Below, piece by piece: positions 20,559 through 32,900 of a stretch of 64,000 bases of DNA. The stretch lies in contig CBDEFO010000008.1 in assembly GCA_965237525.1 (NCBI GenBank), positions 1,312,001-1,376,000 on the forward strand, read 5' to 3'. The notes under the pieces were generated by a model. It saw only the letters and a program-made list of their open reading frames with translations. It had not been told where the DNA came from and ran no database searches. The position numbers were made by a program, and so were the translations under genes. Origin of the DNA: Candidatus Latescibacterota bacterium (GTDB lineage: Bacteria > Latescibacterota > CBDEFO01). Within the stretch, counting starts at the first letter, position 1; the number at the start of each line of letters is the position of its first letter.

Positions 20559-21572
20559 CTACCCTTCTAAGCGCTCCTTATAGTGATCCCCATAATAGAT
20601 TCTGTAGTTCTCTTTTTCCTTAATCCTCCTCCACCAGTTCTGATTCTCCACGTACCACTCAACAGTTATCCTCAAGGCCTCATCGAAGGTGTATTCAGGG
20701 TTCCATCCGAGTTTAAGCATTCCAGATGAATCCAGGCAATACCTCCTGTCGTGTCCTGGACGATCCTCCACAAACTTTATCAGATCTTTCGGCTTTTCCA
20801 GAATATCCAGGATCTTCTGGGCCAGCTCCACAGTATTTACCTGATTCCCTCCCCCTATGTTATACGCCCCTCCAACTTTGCCCGTCTGCATCACCAGATC
20901 TATAGCCTCGCAGTGATCTTTTACATAGACGTAATCCCTTAACGCTTTCCCATCCCCGTAAATCGGCAGAGGCTTATCGTCTATGGCGTTCGTGATAAAA
21001 AGCGGTGTGGCTTTCTCAGGATACTGATAGGGACCTATATTATTGCTCCCTCTGGTGATCACGGCGGGGACTCCATAAGTCTCAAAATAAGCCCTGACCA
21101 GAAGCTCACCTCCCGCTTTAGTAGCAGCGTAAGGGCTTCTGGGGGCCAGACCGTCATCTTCAACCGATGCCCCCTCTTCCACAGACCCGTACACCTCATC
21201 TGTGGAGACCTGCAGGTATCTCTTTACATCATATTTCCTCACAGCCTCCAAAAGAGCATAAGGCCCGTACACATCCGTCAGAACAAAGTCCCCCGGACTT
21301 GCAATACTGCGATCCACGTGACTTTCCGCCGCAAAATTTACCACCATGTCGCACCTTTCCACCAGACTGTCTACGACTTTGTGATCGCAAATATCCCCAA
21401 GATGGAACTCATAGCGCGGATCGTCCTCAATATCCTCCAGGTTCTCAAGGTTCCCCGCATACGTCAGCTTGTCCAGATTCAACACCCTGTAATCTTCATA
21501 TTTCCCCAGAACATGCCTTATGAAATTGCTGCCAATAAAACCTGCGCCGCCAGTTACGAGAACAGCTTTCAA
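20559..21572 (-). CDS. rfbB: dTDP-glucose 4,6-dehydratase
   Basis: GGAGFIGSNF, DKLTYAGN, AAESHVDRS, STDEVYG, SPYAATKA and DRPGHDRRY. Confidence 0.95.
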   Translation of the reverse strand: MKAVLVTGGAGFIGSNFIRHVLGKYEDYRVLNLDKLTYAGNLENLEDIEDDPRYEFHLGDICDHKVVDSLVERCDMVVNFAAESHVDRSIASPGDFVLTDVYGPYALLEAVRKYDVKRYLQVSTDEVYGSVEEGASVEDDGLAPRSPYAATKAGGELLVRAYFETYGVPAVITRGSNNIGPYQYPEKATPLFITNAIDDKPLPIYGDGKALRDYVYVKDHCEAIDLVMQTGKVGGAYNIGGGNQVNTVELAQKILDILEKPKDLIKFVEDRPGHDRRYCLDSSGMLKLGWNPEYTFDEALRITVEWYVENQNWWRRIKEKENYRIYYGDHYKERLEG

Positions 21573-21632
21573 CTCATCCTCCCAGGATTAGTAGACAGGG
21601 TACTGCCTCCCATCCCACCAGATTGCTGTCTA

Positions 21633-21655
21633 CGCCCGATTGATTCTATCGGGGG
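21633..21655. repeat. Palindromic element copy; supplies the TAG stop of ugd
   Basis: CGCCCGATTGATTCTATCGGGGG between CTGTCTA and CTACTGTCTACT. Confidence 0.9.
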
Positions 21656-22980
21656 CTACTGTCTACTTTATTATATCCTCTTCCGACGCCCACATAGTTA
21701 AATCCTAATTTTCTGATCTCATCCGGATCGTAGACGTTCCTGCAATCTAAGAAATTCGGTGCCCTGAGGGTCTCTTTTAACCTCGCAAAGTCAATATCCC
21801 TAAATTCGTTCCACTCGGTCATCAGGACAATCGCATCACACTCCACCGCAGCTTCATAAGGGTCCTTGCAGTACTCCACCTGGGGAAATATCCTCTTAGT
21901 GTTCTCCATAGCCTCAGGATCAAACGCCCTTACACTTGTTCCTCCCTTTAAAAGAGCTTCGACCAAAACAAGAGCCGGAGCCTCTCTTATGTCGTCGGTG
22001 TTCGGCTTGAAAGAAAGTCCGAGCACACCTACTCTCTTTCCTTCGAAACTCCCGCATAGAAGCTTCTTCAATTTTCCCACCATCAACCTACTTTGGCCTT
22101 GATTGGATTCGACAATTCCATCAATCAATGGCGTTTCAACCCCCACCTTAGCGGCTATGCTCGCCAATCCTCTCACGTCCTTCGGGAGGCAATTTCCCCC
22201 GAAACCTGGGCCTGCATGCAGAAACTTTGGACCTATTCTGCCGTCCAGCCCCATAGCTTTTGCCACCATTTTTACATCTGCACCGTAGCCCTCACAAATA
22301 TTTGCAATCTCATTGATAAACGAAATCTTCGCTGCTAGAAAGGCGTTAGAGGCGTACTTTATCATCTCTGCCGTCTCGACGTCCGTCCTTACTATCGGCG
22401 TCTCGTTTAGATACAGTGGACGATATACCTCGGCCATAATATGCATTGCCTTCTCCGTCCTTGCCCCTATCACCACCCTATTGGGACGCATGAAATCCTC
22501 AATTGCCGAACCCTCCCGTAGAAACTCGGGGTTAGACACTACATCGAACTTAACCTCATTCCCTCTCTTTTCCCTTATCAATTTCTCGACTTTCGCTCCG
22601 GTCCCGACAGACACCGTGCTCTTGTTCACGATAATCTTATAATCTTCCATATACTCAGCTATCTTCCCTGCCACATCCAGCACATCTGAGATGTCCACAT
22701 CTCCCCCCTCCAAAGCAGGCGTCCACACAGCTATAAATATTATCTGCGAAGTCTTTATCCCGAGCGGTATATCTGTGGAGAACGTAAGCCTCCCCCTTGT
22801 GGTGCTCCTCTCTATCAATTCCTTCAGACCCGGCTCATATATCGGTATTCTTCCCCTTTTCAACCCCTCGATCTTGTCCTGATTCGTGTCCATACATACT
22901 ACAGAGTTCCCGAAATCTACCAGGCATGCCCCCGTAACCAAACCCACGTAACCGGTCCCTATAACGCCTATCCTTCTCAT
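21646..22980 (-). CDS. ugd: UDP-glucose 6-dehydrogenase
   Basis: GTGYVGL, SNPEFLREG, KYASNAFLA.KISFINE, GFGGNCLPKD and FKPNTDDIRE. Confidence 0.95.
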   Translation of the reverse strand: MRRIGVIGTGYVGLVTGACLVDFGNSVVCMDTNQDKIEGLKRGRIPIYEPGLKELIERSTTRGRLTFSTDIPLGIKTSQIIFIAVWTPALEGGDVDISDVLDVAGKIAEYMEDYKIIVNKSTVSVGTGAKVEKLIREKRGNEVKFDVVSNPEFLREGSAIEDFMRPNRVVIGARTEKAMHIMAEVYRPLYLNETPIVRTDVETAEMIKYASNAFLAAKISFINEIANICEGYGADVKMVAKAMGLDGRIGPKFLHAGPGFGGNCLPKDVRGLASIAAKVGVETPLIDGIVESNQGQSRLMVGKLKKLLCGSFEGKRVGVLGLSFKPNTDDIREAPALVLVEALLKGGTSVRAFDPEAMENTKRIFPQVEYCKDPYEAAVECDAIVLMTEWNEFRDIDFARLKETLRAPNFLDCRNVYDPDEIRKLGFNYVGVGRGYNKVDSSPR

Positions 22981-22997
22981 TTACGTCCCCTTTTGCC

Positions 22998-23627
22998 CTA
23001 TCTGAACGCCACAAGCACAATACTTGAGATAACCCCCAAAGCTACCAACGCCTCCACGAACTTCCCTTCTTTCTCGATCATATGTCGCTCTATAGACTCC
23101 TCGTCCCCAAGAAGCTTATTGTATTTATTCGGAATTAGATCTTTATCTCGGCCCTTCACCCATTTTGTCCACACCACCGCTCCGTCACTATTATCCGAAA
23201 GCCTCAAGAGCACATCAGCCTGTACATCCCTCTCCACAGACTTTTTGAACAGCTTTAAAAAACTCCTGGGACGATAGCTCAACTTTATATCCGCGATCCG
23301 AAAATAAAGAGAATAATCTCCGTTCCCTACCGAGAGAGAATCAGTAATATTCGCCGTAACATTATATCCTCTATCCAGGAGCACTTCAGTCAAAACGTCC
23401 ATCAAAATCCAATCTCTTTCGTCCTCCTTCATCGAATGTAGACTCACACTCACTCCCGTTGAAAGCGGACTCCCTTCAAGTCCTCTGACAGAAGACCCCC
23501 ATAGAGTTTCCTTGACCATCTCAAGATCTGTCCTGTAGTCGCTTATCCCCTTTTCCTCCCCCGCATGTGAGATGGTGCAGAAAAACAACGTCTCCAACAC
23601 TAATATGCCGATAAATAACCTGCACAT
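22998..23627 (-). CDS. Hypothetical exported protein with C-terminal membrane anchor
   Basis: 209-aa ORF co-oriented with the cluster; signal-peptide-like N-terminus and hydrophobic C-terminus. Confidence 0.7.
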   Translation of the reverse strand: MCRLFIGILVLETLFFCTISHAGEEKGISDYRTDLEMVKETLWGSSVRGLEGSPLSTGVSVSLHSMKEDERDWILMDVLTEVLLDRGYNVTANITDSLSVGNGDYSLYFRIADIKLSYRPRSFLKLFKKSVERDVQADVLLRLSDNSDGAVVWTKWVKGRDKDLIPNKYNKLLGDEESIERHMIEKEGKFVEALVALGVISSIVLVAFR

Positions 23628-24269
23628 ACGATCCTCTATTTCCTTCTACTTGAGTAATAATCTCCAAGGCTGAAAAGGTACGACAAAAAACCTCATCTGT
23701 CAAGGGAAAAACACCCTGATGCCGTTCTGGGCCTATCGAGAGCGTTCCATAGCGTTTCGCGCCAGTATTAACCGAATAGGAGACTGTCAGTGGATTCATC
23801 TTCATTTTCTGGCTCTCCTTGATAATCTTGCACTCCCGTAACAGACAGAAGGCGTCTTGAGAAGTCCATACCGGGAAATTTAAGAAGCCTCAATCAGAGA
23901 GTCTCAATAGAACCTGCAGCCGCAGCCTCCTTGCTATGCTTGAGCTTGAGTGCACATTCGAAGTTGTCAAGTTGTGCATTTACATATCTTTTGCCTTTTG
24001 GCAGATATTCTGTCAAGAAAAACCCCTAAGTCCCTGTAAATACTGGTCTGATTATTCAACGCTCTTTAGCCTACCGGTTATTAATCAAATGAAATGAGAA
24101 CACTTCTCTTTCGATCTTTGATTAACTTTGCATGCTAGCTCTTTGATAACCTCTGGTTTTTGCTCCTTTTCAAAGTGGATGCATAATTGTTCTTCTTTTA
24201 AGTTCGATTCAGCCAGGACAAAGTAATTGATGTAAGAGGGGGGAAGAAGCACTTTTTCATTTAGGACAT

Positions 24270-24290
24270 CCCCGATAGAATCAATCGGGG
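24270..24290. repeat. Palindromic element copy
   Basis: CCCCGATAGAATCAATCGGGG. Confidence 0.9.
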
Positions 24291-24423
24291 ATAACGGTTT
24301 TATCTGTTTGTTGTGTATCTTGCCTTACTTGTCTGATAAAATAGACCTTAGCTGTGATTCGGAAAGGCAAAACATTTTGGTCTCAGTTTTGCCAGGAACG
24401 CTTTGCCCCCCACGTGCGTAATC

Positions 24424-24472
24424 GTAGGGGCAGGGTAACCCTGCTTTTGGGGCGAGTCAACCTCGCCCCTAC
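24424..24472. repeat. GTAG-type REP doublet (inverted pair)
   Basis: GTAGGGGCAGGGTAACCCTGC-TTTTG-GGGCGAGTCAACCTCGCCCCTAC: GTAG/CTAC ends, each half with its own hairpin. Confidence 0.7.
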
Positions 24473-24606
24473 ATTTAAGTTCAGGTTGTAAGGGCAAGAA
24501 GGTCGTACAATGTGTGACAAATTCTTGGGAAGAGCAACCTTTCCGAATCACAACTGAACAACTGTCTAGCGCTCTCATTTCATTTGATATTCAACCACTA
24601 CCATAT

Positions 24607-24640
24607 AAAAAGCGGCAAAGATCAACTTAACTTTGCCGCT
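24607..24640 (-). terminator. Intrinsic terminator after the giant surface-protein gene
   Basis: Perfect 10-bp stem AGCGGCAAAG/CTTTGCCGCT followed by a T run on the minus strand. Confidence 0.75.
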
Positions 24641-24693
24641 CAATCCAACTCCTAAGAGTATTTCCCTGCTAACTAACAATCCTTACGCTCGCT

Positions 24694-25417
24694 CTACTTC
24701 AAAAGCATCATCTTCAGCGACTTGGCAAAACCCTCCGATTTTATACGGTAGAAATAGACCCCGCTTGCCATCTGTCTGCCTGTGCTGTCTTTTCCATCCC
24801 ATAGCGCCCTATAATAACCTGGCTCCAAATTCTCATCCACCAGCGTCTTTACCTCCTGACCCAGGACGTTATATATCTTAAGCGTCAATCTTCCTGTCTT
24901 GGGGACCTCGTAATTTATGGTAGTCTCAGGGTTGAAAGGATTTGGATAGTTTGGGGAAAGAGAATAGCTCATAGGTCCTCTCAGAGTCGCCGCAACAGGG
25001 CCGAATAAGGTTCCTTCCCCTACTATATCAACAGCCTCAAGCTTGTAGTAGTAGGTCCTTCCTATCTGTACATCCTCATCCACGAACATGTAGGGACTGA
25101 GCCCCACAAGCAGCTCATCGTTCAACCTATGGTAGACCCCGTCTCTTGTTATACTCCTGTAGATGTTGAACCCGGCGTTGTCCCTCTCGCTTGCCGTGAC
25201 CCAGTTTACTCTTACTCTTCCCCTGTCTTCCAAGGCCGTGAAGCTGGATAGCTCCACCACAGCAACAGCATCGACTACAAACTTATCGGAGACCACTGCC
25301 CGTTAAATATCCCATCGTTAGCCCTTGCTCTCCACCAGAAAGTCGTCGCAATGAACTCGCCGGTAGCAAGATCTATATCCTTGTCCAAAGGAGGAGTGAG
25401 ATGCCAGAACAAACTTA
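24694..25417 (-). pseudogene. C-terminal fragment of the giant surface protein (Ig/FN3 end, 'VELSSF' domain, FlgD-Ig C-terminal domain), with a 1-nt frameshift near 25291
   Basis: Reads LFWHLTPPLD...FWWRARANDGIFNGQWS, then shifts frame to SDKFVVDAVAVVELSSF...NYPNPFNPETTINY...SGVYFYRI...KMMLLK. Confidence 0.8.
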
Positions 25418-26938
25418 GAAGCCTTGTGAAAAACCCTTAGATTCAGAAAGTAGTATAGAACAAGCATTGATAAAGCAGCTCCGATGTATTATATTATGTT
25501 ATTGATAATATTATACATGGAGGAAACAATGACCCCACAAAAGCAGGAACAGACAAATCCGATGTTTCACTATTTTCAGATGGAGGATTTAGTTCCCGAG
25601 GATCATATCCTTCGTCAGATTGATGAGGCAGTTGATTTTTCATTTGTACGAGACGTTGTATCAGATTGTTATTGCCCTGACAATGGCAGACCCGGTATTG
25701 ATCCTGAATTAGTTGTTCGAATGATCCTTATTGGCTATCTGTATAATTTGAGTGAGAATCGGCTCTGTCAGGAAGTGGGGATGCATGCGGCATATCGGTT
25801 GTTTTGTCATCAGACATTTGATGATGCGGTTCCGGATAGGAGCACGATCAACAAGCTTCGCAATCACAAGTGGGCATCCAGTGGGTTGTTTGAACGGATA
25901 ATGCGTCAGGTAGTCCAGTGTTGCATAGATGTCGGTCTTGTGAGCGGTAAACACCTTAGTGTCGACGGCACTCAGATACAAGCTGATGCTTCAGTGAAAA
26001 GTATTGAGCCGATAGAACCCCCTGTTTCTCTTGATGATTATCTCAAGGGAATCGGTTTTGAAGGTGATAAGACAAAGGGTAGGTCCGGGCATCCTCAGGA
26101 TAAAGACTTTCATGGTGAAAAGTGGACGAACCAAACACACCGTTCGACTACAGACCCCGACGCGCGCTTATACAGCAAATCGAAGGGCAAAGGGGCTTTT
26201 CTCTCGTTTATGGGCCATGATCTGATCGACACAAAAAGGAGAGTAATCCTTGAGACTCAGGGCACGCAGGCGACAGGGACAGCAGAGCCCGAAAGTGCCC
26301 TTAAGATGGTAGATGACCTTGAAACATACACCATGCCCAAAGACATTCAGACACTTAGTGCCGATACCGGTTACGGTTCTGGTAATTTTATCGCTGATGT
26401 ACTTGACCGGGGAATCATACCCCATATTCCTCTGCGAGCCGATGAGAAGATTGAACCGATCCCTACATGGAAAAACAAGACAAATTTAGCACATATTCAG
26501 GCCGAACGGGATAGAAAAGTGCGAGAGGCGAAAGCCAGAAATCATGCACGGTCTATCTCATTAACAGCTGACTACAAACTCTCCCAGAGACTCCGTAAAC
26601 GCAGTGAACATATCTTTGCTGAAGCCAAGCAACAACACGGTATGGGACGAGCCCGTTATAGAGGACTAGCCTCACTGAATGAACAGTTGAATCTTGTTGC
26701 AACAGTACAGAATCTCAAGAGGCTTGTATCTTTCATAAGAAGGGGGAAAGCGTCTATGTGTGCCCTGTCTGTCAAAGACAGTGCATCCTGTTCTTCAAAC
26801 AGCTCCTATTCCTTGCTGACCAGAACTCTGATAAGACTATTTTGCTTATTCCACAGCAAAACGATACGATATGCTACTCTTTGACCCATAATCGGCGCTT
26901 CAGACGCTGCCTAGGACATAACTATTTCACAAGGCTTT
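25418..26938 (+). mobile_element. IS1182-family insertion sequence, copy 1 (1,521 bp)
   Basis: Terminal IRs GAAGCCTTGTGAAA / TTTCACAAGGCTTT; flanks TTA and TAA; near-identical to 33672-35192. Confidence 0.95.
25484..26884 (+). CDS. IS1182-family transposase (true start may be 25517 or 25529)
   Basis: LVPEDH.LR.ID...GRPGIDP N-terminal domain; VDGT, ADTGY and R...E..FAEAK..HG..RARYRG DDE motifs. Confidence 0.95.
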   Translation: MYYIMLLIILYMEETMTPQKQEQTNPMFHYFQMEDLVPEDHILRQIDEAVDFSFVRDVVSDCYCPDNGRPGIDPELVVRMILIGYLYNLSENRLCQEVGMHAAYRLFCHQTFDDAVPDRSTINKLRNHKWASSGLFERIMRQVVQCCIDVGLVSGKHLSVDGTQIQADASVKSIEPIEPPVSLDDYLKGIGFEGDKTKGRSGHPQDKDFHGEKWTNQTHRSTTDPDARLYSKSKGKGAFLSFMGHDLIDTKRRVILETQGTQATGTAEPESALKMVDDLETYTMPKDIQTLSADTGYGSGNFIADVLDRGIIPHIPLRADEKIEPIPTWKNKTNLAHIQAERDRKVREAKARNHARSISLTADYKLSQRLRKRSEHIFAEAKQQHGMGRARYRGLASLNEQLNLVATVQNLKRLVSFIRRGKASMCALSVKDSASCSSNSSYSLLTRTLIRLFCLFHSKTIRYATL

Positions 26939-29900
26939 TAAACCGCTCCCTGGAATCGGATCATCGGGTCCCGCCGGTGTAATCCCCGAAATAGACCTTA
27001 CGACGTTGGTCAGCGCTGAATCTGAATAGACTGTGAACGTGTAAGTCAACACAGATAGAGTGTCACGCAGTCCCGGAGAGGCCTGGCTTATCAAAAGGTT
27101 GGGAGTCTGAGTCCTAACATTCTCTTCTGCGCCGACAATCGGACGTCCTAAATCAGGATCTGGTCCTATACCTATGATCCCGGGAGCCGTCGCAACGTTT
27201 CCAACAGCCGGAATAGGATCCACCTGAGCGATGTCGGATTCTGCCGAGTTGGTCGCCCTGTCGAACGCCACCACCTTATACGCGTACTCCGAGCCGTTCT
27301 CAAGCCCTACATCACGGAATGTCGTGTCCGTAACACCTGTCGCTATGCTTGCAAAGCTTGCGTCACCCACAGACCTTAGGACCTGATAAGACGCAAAGTC
27401 AAGATCTACGTTCTGCTTCCAACTCAGAAAGACCTCTCTGTCTCCACCTATGGACTTTACCTCTTCTGGCCTCTGGGGAGGAGTCACATCCGCCTCTGGC
27501 ACAAATGAGAGTATTTCGCTCTGGGCCACATTCGGGGGATCGGTTACATCTTCAGATCCAACCCTGTAGGAGTATGTAATTCCGCTCCTCAAGCCCGTCA
27601 AAGTGACTCTGTGCCTTATGATGTTCTCCGCGCTTCCTGCAACACTGAATCCCACTCCTGACTCCAGAGTCGACCGCGTGGTGTCGAAATCCACAAAGCT
27701 GTTGGAGAGTTCATCCGTAATCCACTCTACAGTCGCTGTCGAATCGGAAAGAGAGGTCACAAACTGAGCTTCCGCCCCTTCCCTTCCCGAAACATCTCTT
27801 ATTGCTGGGGGTATAATGTCAATCTCAGTCGCCGTCGTGAAGGTCGTAGCAAATGAAGAAGGACCGTTGCCACTTATGTCTGTAGAAGAAACGGCAGTGG
27901 TATATTCCGTCCCCAGCTCCAAACCCGTTAAGGTCACCCTGTGATCGATCACATTTCTTTCGTCTTCTCTCAAGAGCGTATCCCCTCCCGCAGTGAAGAA
28001 CTCCACCACACTGTTGGCAAGCTCATCCGTCCTCCACGCAAGGGTCGCCTGATTCGTCGTTTTACCTTCTACACTCACGTCCAGTACCTTGGGAGGAGTC
28101 ACATCTGGCTCTATCACTGTCGAAAAGACCGAAAGATCGCTGAACGTAGGTCCGTTGTCGTTCGGGTCAGTCGAAGAGACTTGAAAGTCGAAGGTCAACC
28201 CTTCGGGCAGATCTGTCACCAACACAATGTGATCCACGACGTCCTGGCCAAACTCCGTCCGGAACTCGAACGTCGGCTCTTCCTGTAAAGCTCCGAAGAC
28301 CTTGCCCTCTACGGTAGTATCGGCCGGAGTGAACTCTATCACACTGTCTGAAAGCTCATTAGTAGGCCAGCTCAATGTGGCGCTGTTTTCCGTGATTGAC
28401 AGCAGCGATGGATCAGTCAGTATGATGGGAGGGTCTGTATCCTCGATAAAAGATGTAGTAAACGATCCCCTGCCGCCGGGCGGTTGGAAGACTGCCTTTG
28501 CCAGGATTCCATTTGCGGCGTTCTCCCTTGCAAATTTAGGCCTTATGCCTGGTACGGGAAAGCTAACGAAGTTTCCAGACCTATCGGCAGAGATTATTAT
28601 AACTTCATACTCCGTCCCTCTCACAAGACCCGTCACCACAACGGAGTGATCTTTCACAAAGCGAGTGTCACCTAAAAAGTCGAAGGATGGACTCCCCGCC
28701 GCTCTTATAAACACCTCGCTCGTAGAAGGTTCGTTGGTCCTCCATACCCACACAGCCTTCGTAGCGCTCACGTAGTCTGCACTCGGACGCTTCTCAAAAG
28801 TGGGCGGATCCGTATCCCTCTCCCTGAGAGTCTTGAACTCGAAGGTATTGCCTGCCCTCGGCTTGAATTGAGACGCATCCGGTGCGGTCCTATTTCGTGC
28901 CTCTATCAGGTAAAAGTAGACTGTGTTGGTAGTCAGATTCGTCAAGATCACCGAGTGATCCTTCGTAAAGTTCGGATCCGATACGGTCCTGACATCCTTG
29001 TTCGTTACAATATCGGGCTTTGCTGAGCCTTCATCAGTACCCTTGAATCGGAGAACAAAATCAGATGGATCGTCCGTGCTCCATTTTATCGTGACCGTGT
29101 TCACATCCACGCCTGTCCTATCTCTGACCTTAGCGGGAACCGGACCTCTTACTAGCGAAGGCGGAGTTAAATCTACCGTATCCGTAGTCCTGAAGCTTTT
29201 GACTGCGCTTCGTACCTCGCTGCCCTCAGAGACCACCCTGTAAAAAATTTGGGTGCCGGACGGCAAACCGGTTAGGGCCACAACGTGATCAACGACCTTT
29301 TCGGATATAACCTTCCTTTCATCCAGTTGATCTTCAGCGAATCCGAAATTCACTATCGAGTTGGCAGACTTATTCGTAGTCCAGGATATCTGAGCCGAGC
29401 TCGTATCAGCAAAGTCCAGAATAGGGCCCTCAGTAATCAAGAGCGGTAGAGTTACTCCTCTTGTCCTGAACCTCAGTATATCCGAGGTTATCTCCTCCCT
29501 GTCCAGTGCTATTGAAGTAACTGTGTAAAAGTATTGGTTTGCCGGTTTCAGCTCTGTCAAGTCGCCGCTGTGCTTTAGGACGTTTTCCGAGTCCACAAAC
29601 AACTGAATCAAAGAATCCGGAGACGTCCCGTACAATATCCTCGTGTCTGAGATCTTGTTAGTTGTATAGACAATCGTAACCTCACTCGTGTCGATACCGG
29701 AGGCAAAGGGAGGCTCGGTTATCTCCAGAGGTATGATCTGCACAGGTGCAAGCGTCGTAAAGGAATCCACGCCCGAAACCGTTTCGTTGTCCGCAAGGTC
29801 TGCCACAGTGGCCTGGAAGAAGTACGTCGTAGCTGTATCCAGAAAAGTCGCTGTATTCGCATGCTTATCGCTCGTCGCAGCCCCAATGAGCACTTGACCG

Positions 29901-32900
29901 AAATCCACCGTCCTCCCAAAGTCTATCCGGATAGTCGTAATCTCGCTAATATCCGCCCGTATCACGGCCGAATTCGTCGTCACCCCACGCACAAACGGAC
30001 CCAAAGTAAAGACAGGAGGCGTCTCGTCCGGGCCCAGTCTTGTCTTAACTTGAATTATGCCGCTTTCCACAACGTTATCATCTAAATCGGTAGCCGTAAC
30101 TATCAACTCGTGCAAAGTATCTGAGGTCAGGTCAGACAGCGTGATGTTATGTCTTCTGGCAAGATCGCTTTGCTCTCCTATCACATCTTCGGGAGCGGCC
30201 ACGCTGTATATCTTTACCTCCACCTGTGCCAGCCTGTTTAGCCCTACGACCATGGTCGCCGTCACGTCAGTAACATTGACCACTGTCGGGTCCTCAACGA
30301 ACCTGACCGAAGGCAGTATAATCTTCTTAGTCGTCTCAAATACGTCTCGGCTTATGGCCTGATTTCCCGCCAGGTCAAAGATCCTCACGCTTATCCTGTA
30401 CCTTACATTAGCCTCCAATCCGCCCACGATAAGCCTATGACCTATCTTGGGCTCTGGCGGCGTTGCCACTGAGTCCAGAGCACCCGTCTCCGTATTTTCG
30501 AACCTCACGAATCCTGTATGCAGCTCGGTTGCGCCCCAGAAGACTGTCAGAGTGCTATCCGATGCGCCGACAATTTTCGGTTCAGGTCTAAACGAAGGGG
30601 GAAACCTGTCCTGAACCACCAAAATTCCCTCTGCTCTTCCGACCCCACGCCTTGCTTTCCTGCCCAGCGGATCGGGATTTACCACTATCACATCGTAGAT
30701 CCCTGGATCTAAACCTCCAGGTACAGTAGCTGAGATCGAAACTGAGTCTATGACATTCACCCTTGTCAATGGCACACTCGCCGCACCAGCCCTGCCTATT
30801 TGCGCCAAAGTGCCCTCCCGGAAATCGGCCCCCTCGATAACCACATCTGTCGCCACGTCATTTCCAACCGTATCAGGGCTTATGCCCACCACCTGGGGAG
30901 CGGGAAACTCCGCAACCGATAGTCCGCCCTCCAAGACCCCTCTTTGACCGTCTGGATTAACAACTATCACATCGTAGTTACTATCAGGGAAGGTCCCGCT
31001 TATCCTGGCCTGGAGTTCCGTGCCGCTTACGAACTCGACCGGAGTAAGCCGAAATATATTGTCTGCGTTGTCGTTTATCCGCACGGCTGCACCATCTACA
31101 AAATTAGCTCCGGTAATGGTCAAAACGACATTGGTCACTATAAACACAGTGGCAGGGTCAACACCATCAACTATCGGAGCCGGAAGGATTACGGTCAAGG
31201 CGCCCTCAAGCGTCGCACTGCCCGGGAGCGCATCTATGGTAACATCGTAGGTACCAGGCGCCAGACCCGCAGGGACCGTCGCCGTCACTCTCCTCAAATC
31301 TACTGGAGTAACATCGGAAAGAGCTGTTCCGCCTATTGTCACCCCTGTAATAGGAGCCACGAAGTTAGCTCCCAAAAGCGTTATAGTCCTTGCTGAATCG
31401 TTTACGACAATAGCCGGTTCTACAGCTGCCAGAATCACCTGCCCCACTATGACCCCTAAAATCCCGGCGCCTGTGGCACTTTGACCGTCGGGGTTAGTCA
31501 CAGTCACATCCCTCGTCCCCACGGGAAGTCCAAGACCACCGAGGGCCCTCAGCTCTGTACTGCTTATAAACTCCACGTCCCTCAAAGCCACGCCGTCCAC
31601 GGTTACCTGGGGAGGTGCGGGGCGATCGAAGAAGTTCGCACCCGTAATACTAAATGTCGTGTCCCTGTCGTTCACCACTGTACTAGGCTGGATAGCAGTC
31701 ACACTCGGGGCCGCAAGCTGCAGCACCACTACCGCTGCCTCTAAAGTTCCGCTCAGAACGTCGGGGTTCGTCACCACCAGATCTTGTGGCCCTTCAAGCG
31801 CCACTGATTGTGTCCCTGAGAGCGTTCCCCTCAATTCTGTTCTGTTTATAAAGATGACATCCAGATCCACACCTCCCAGAGTCGCAGTCGCCCCCTCCTT
31901 GAAGTTCTGGCCCCTGATCGTCAAGCGCGCATCTATCCTTGCAATTACGGTATCAGGAGTGACAGACTGAGGGTTTGGAGGAAGTGCCGTCACCGTCAAA
32001 ACTGCGTCAAGCGTCGCACTCCGAGGACCCAGTGGGCCCGCACCGTCCGGATCCGAGTTCCTCACCGTCACATCGTAAGTCCCCTGAGCCACTGTCCCTG
32101 CTACCGTCGCTCTTAAAGTGGTAGAATTAACAAACGTAACGGCCAGCGCGATCTCGCCAGTAGCATCAGATACGATAGATACCGCAATGGGATTCGGCGT
32201 ATTGAAGAAATTAGAACCCGTGATAGTCACAACGTTATCTATCCCCGCAGGCACAGTGCTCGGATCGACAGCGTCTATTCCTGGGGCGGGACGATCAATT
32301 GTCAACTGGGGCAGCGGCGCCAGGGCGCTCTGTTCATCGGGGTTTGTCACCTGGACATCGAAGAGACCTATTGGAAATCCTGCCCGAATGGTAATCCTTA
32401 GCTGATTCGCACTTACAAACTCGACTGGCGGGAACAGGCCATCTAGCCCCACGACGGGGAGCGCCCCGTCCTGTACGAAGAACTCAGCTCCGTTGACGGT
32501 CACAACATTCTCCACATCGTTGTCTATTCTGCTCGGAATCAGACTTGTGACAGACGGACGAGGAGCCACCACAACTACAGTCTTAGTCTCCGTATCGAAT
32601 AGTCCCGGCGGCGTCGGACCTGTCACCCTCAGAGTTACCTGGTAAACCCCTGGAAGTGCGTACGTGTGATTAACGTTCTCAACTGTAGCGCTCCCTCCGT
32701 CCCCGAAGTTCCACTCGAAAAATTGGGCAAGTCCCGATGAACGGTTCCTGAGCCTTACTGTTCTGGAGCCGGTTACAAGAGTCGCAGTGAAATTCGCTAC
32801 TGGCGCTTCCTTGACGCGCACCACGGTAAAGAGGCCATTGGCCGCATCCGCATCCAAAAATTTCTCTTCACCCTGTTCGTCTGATATTATCAAGTTGCCT

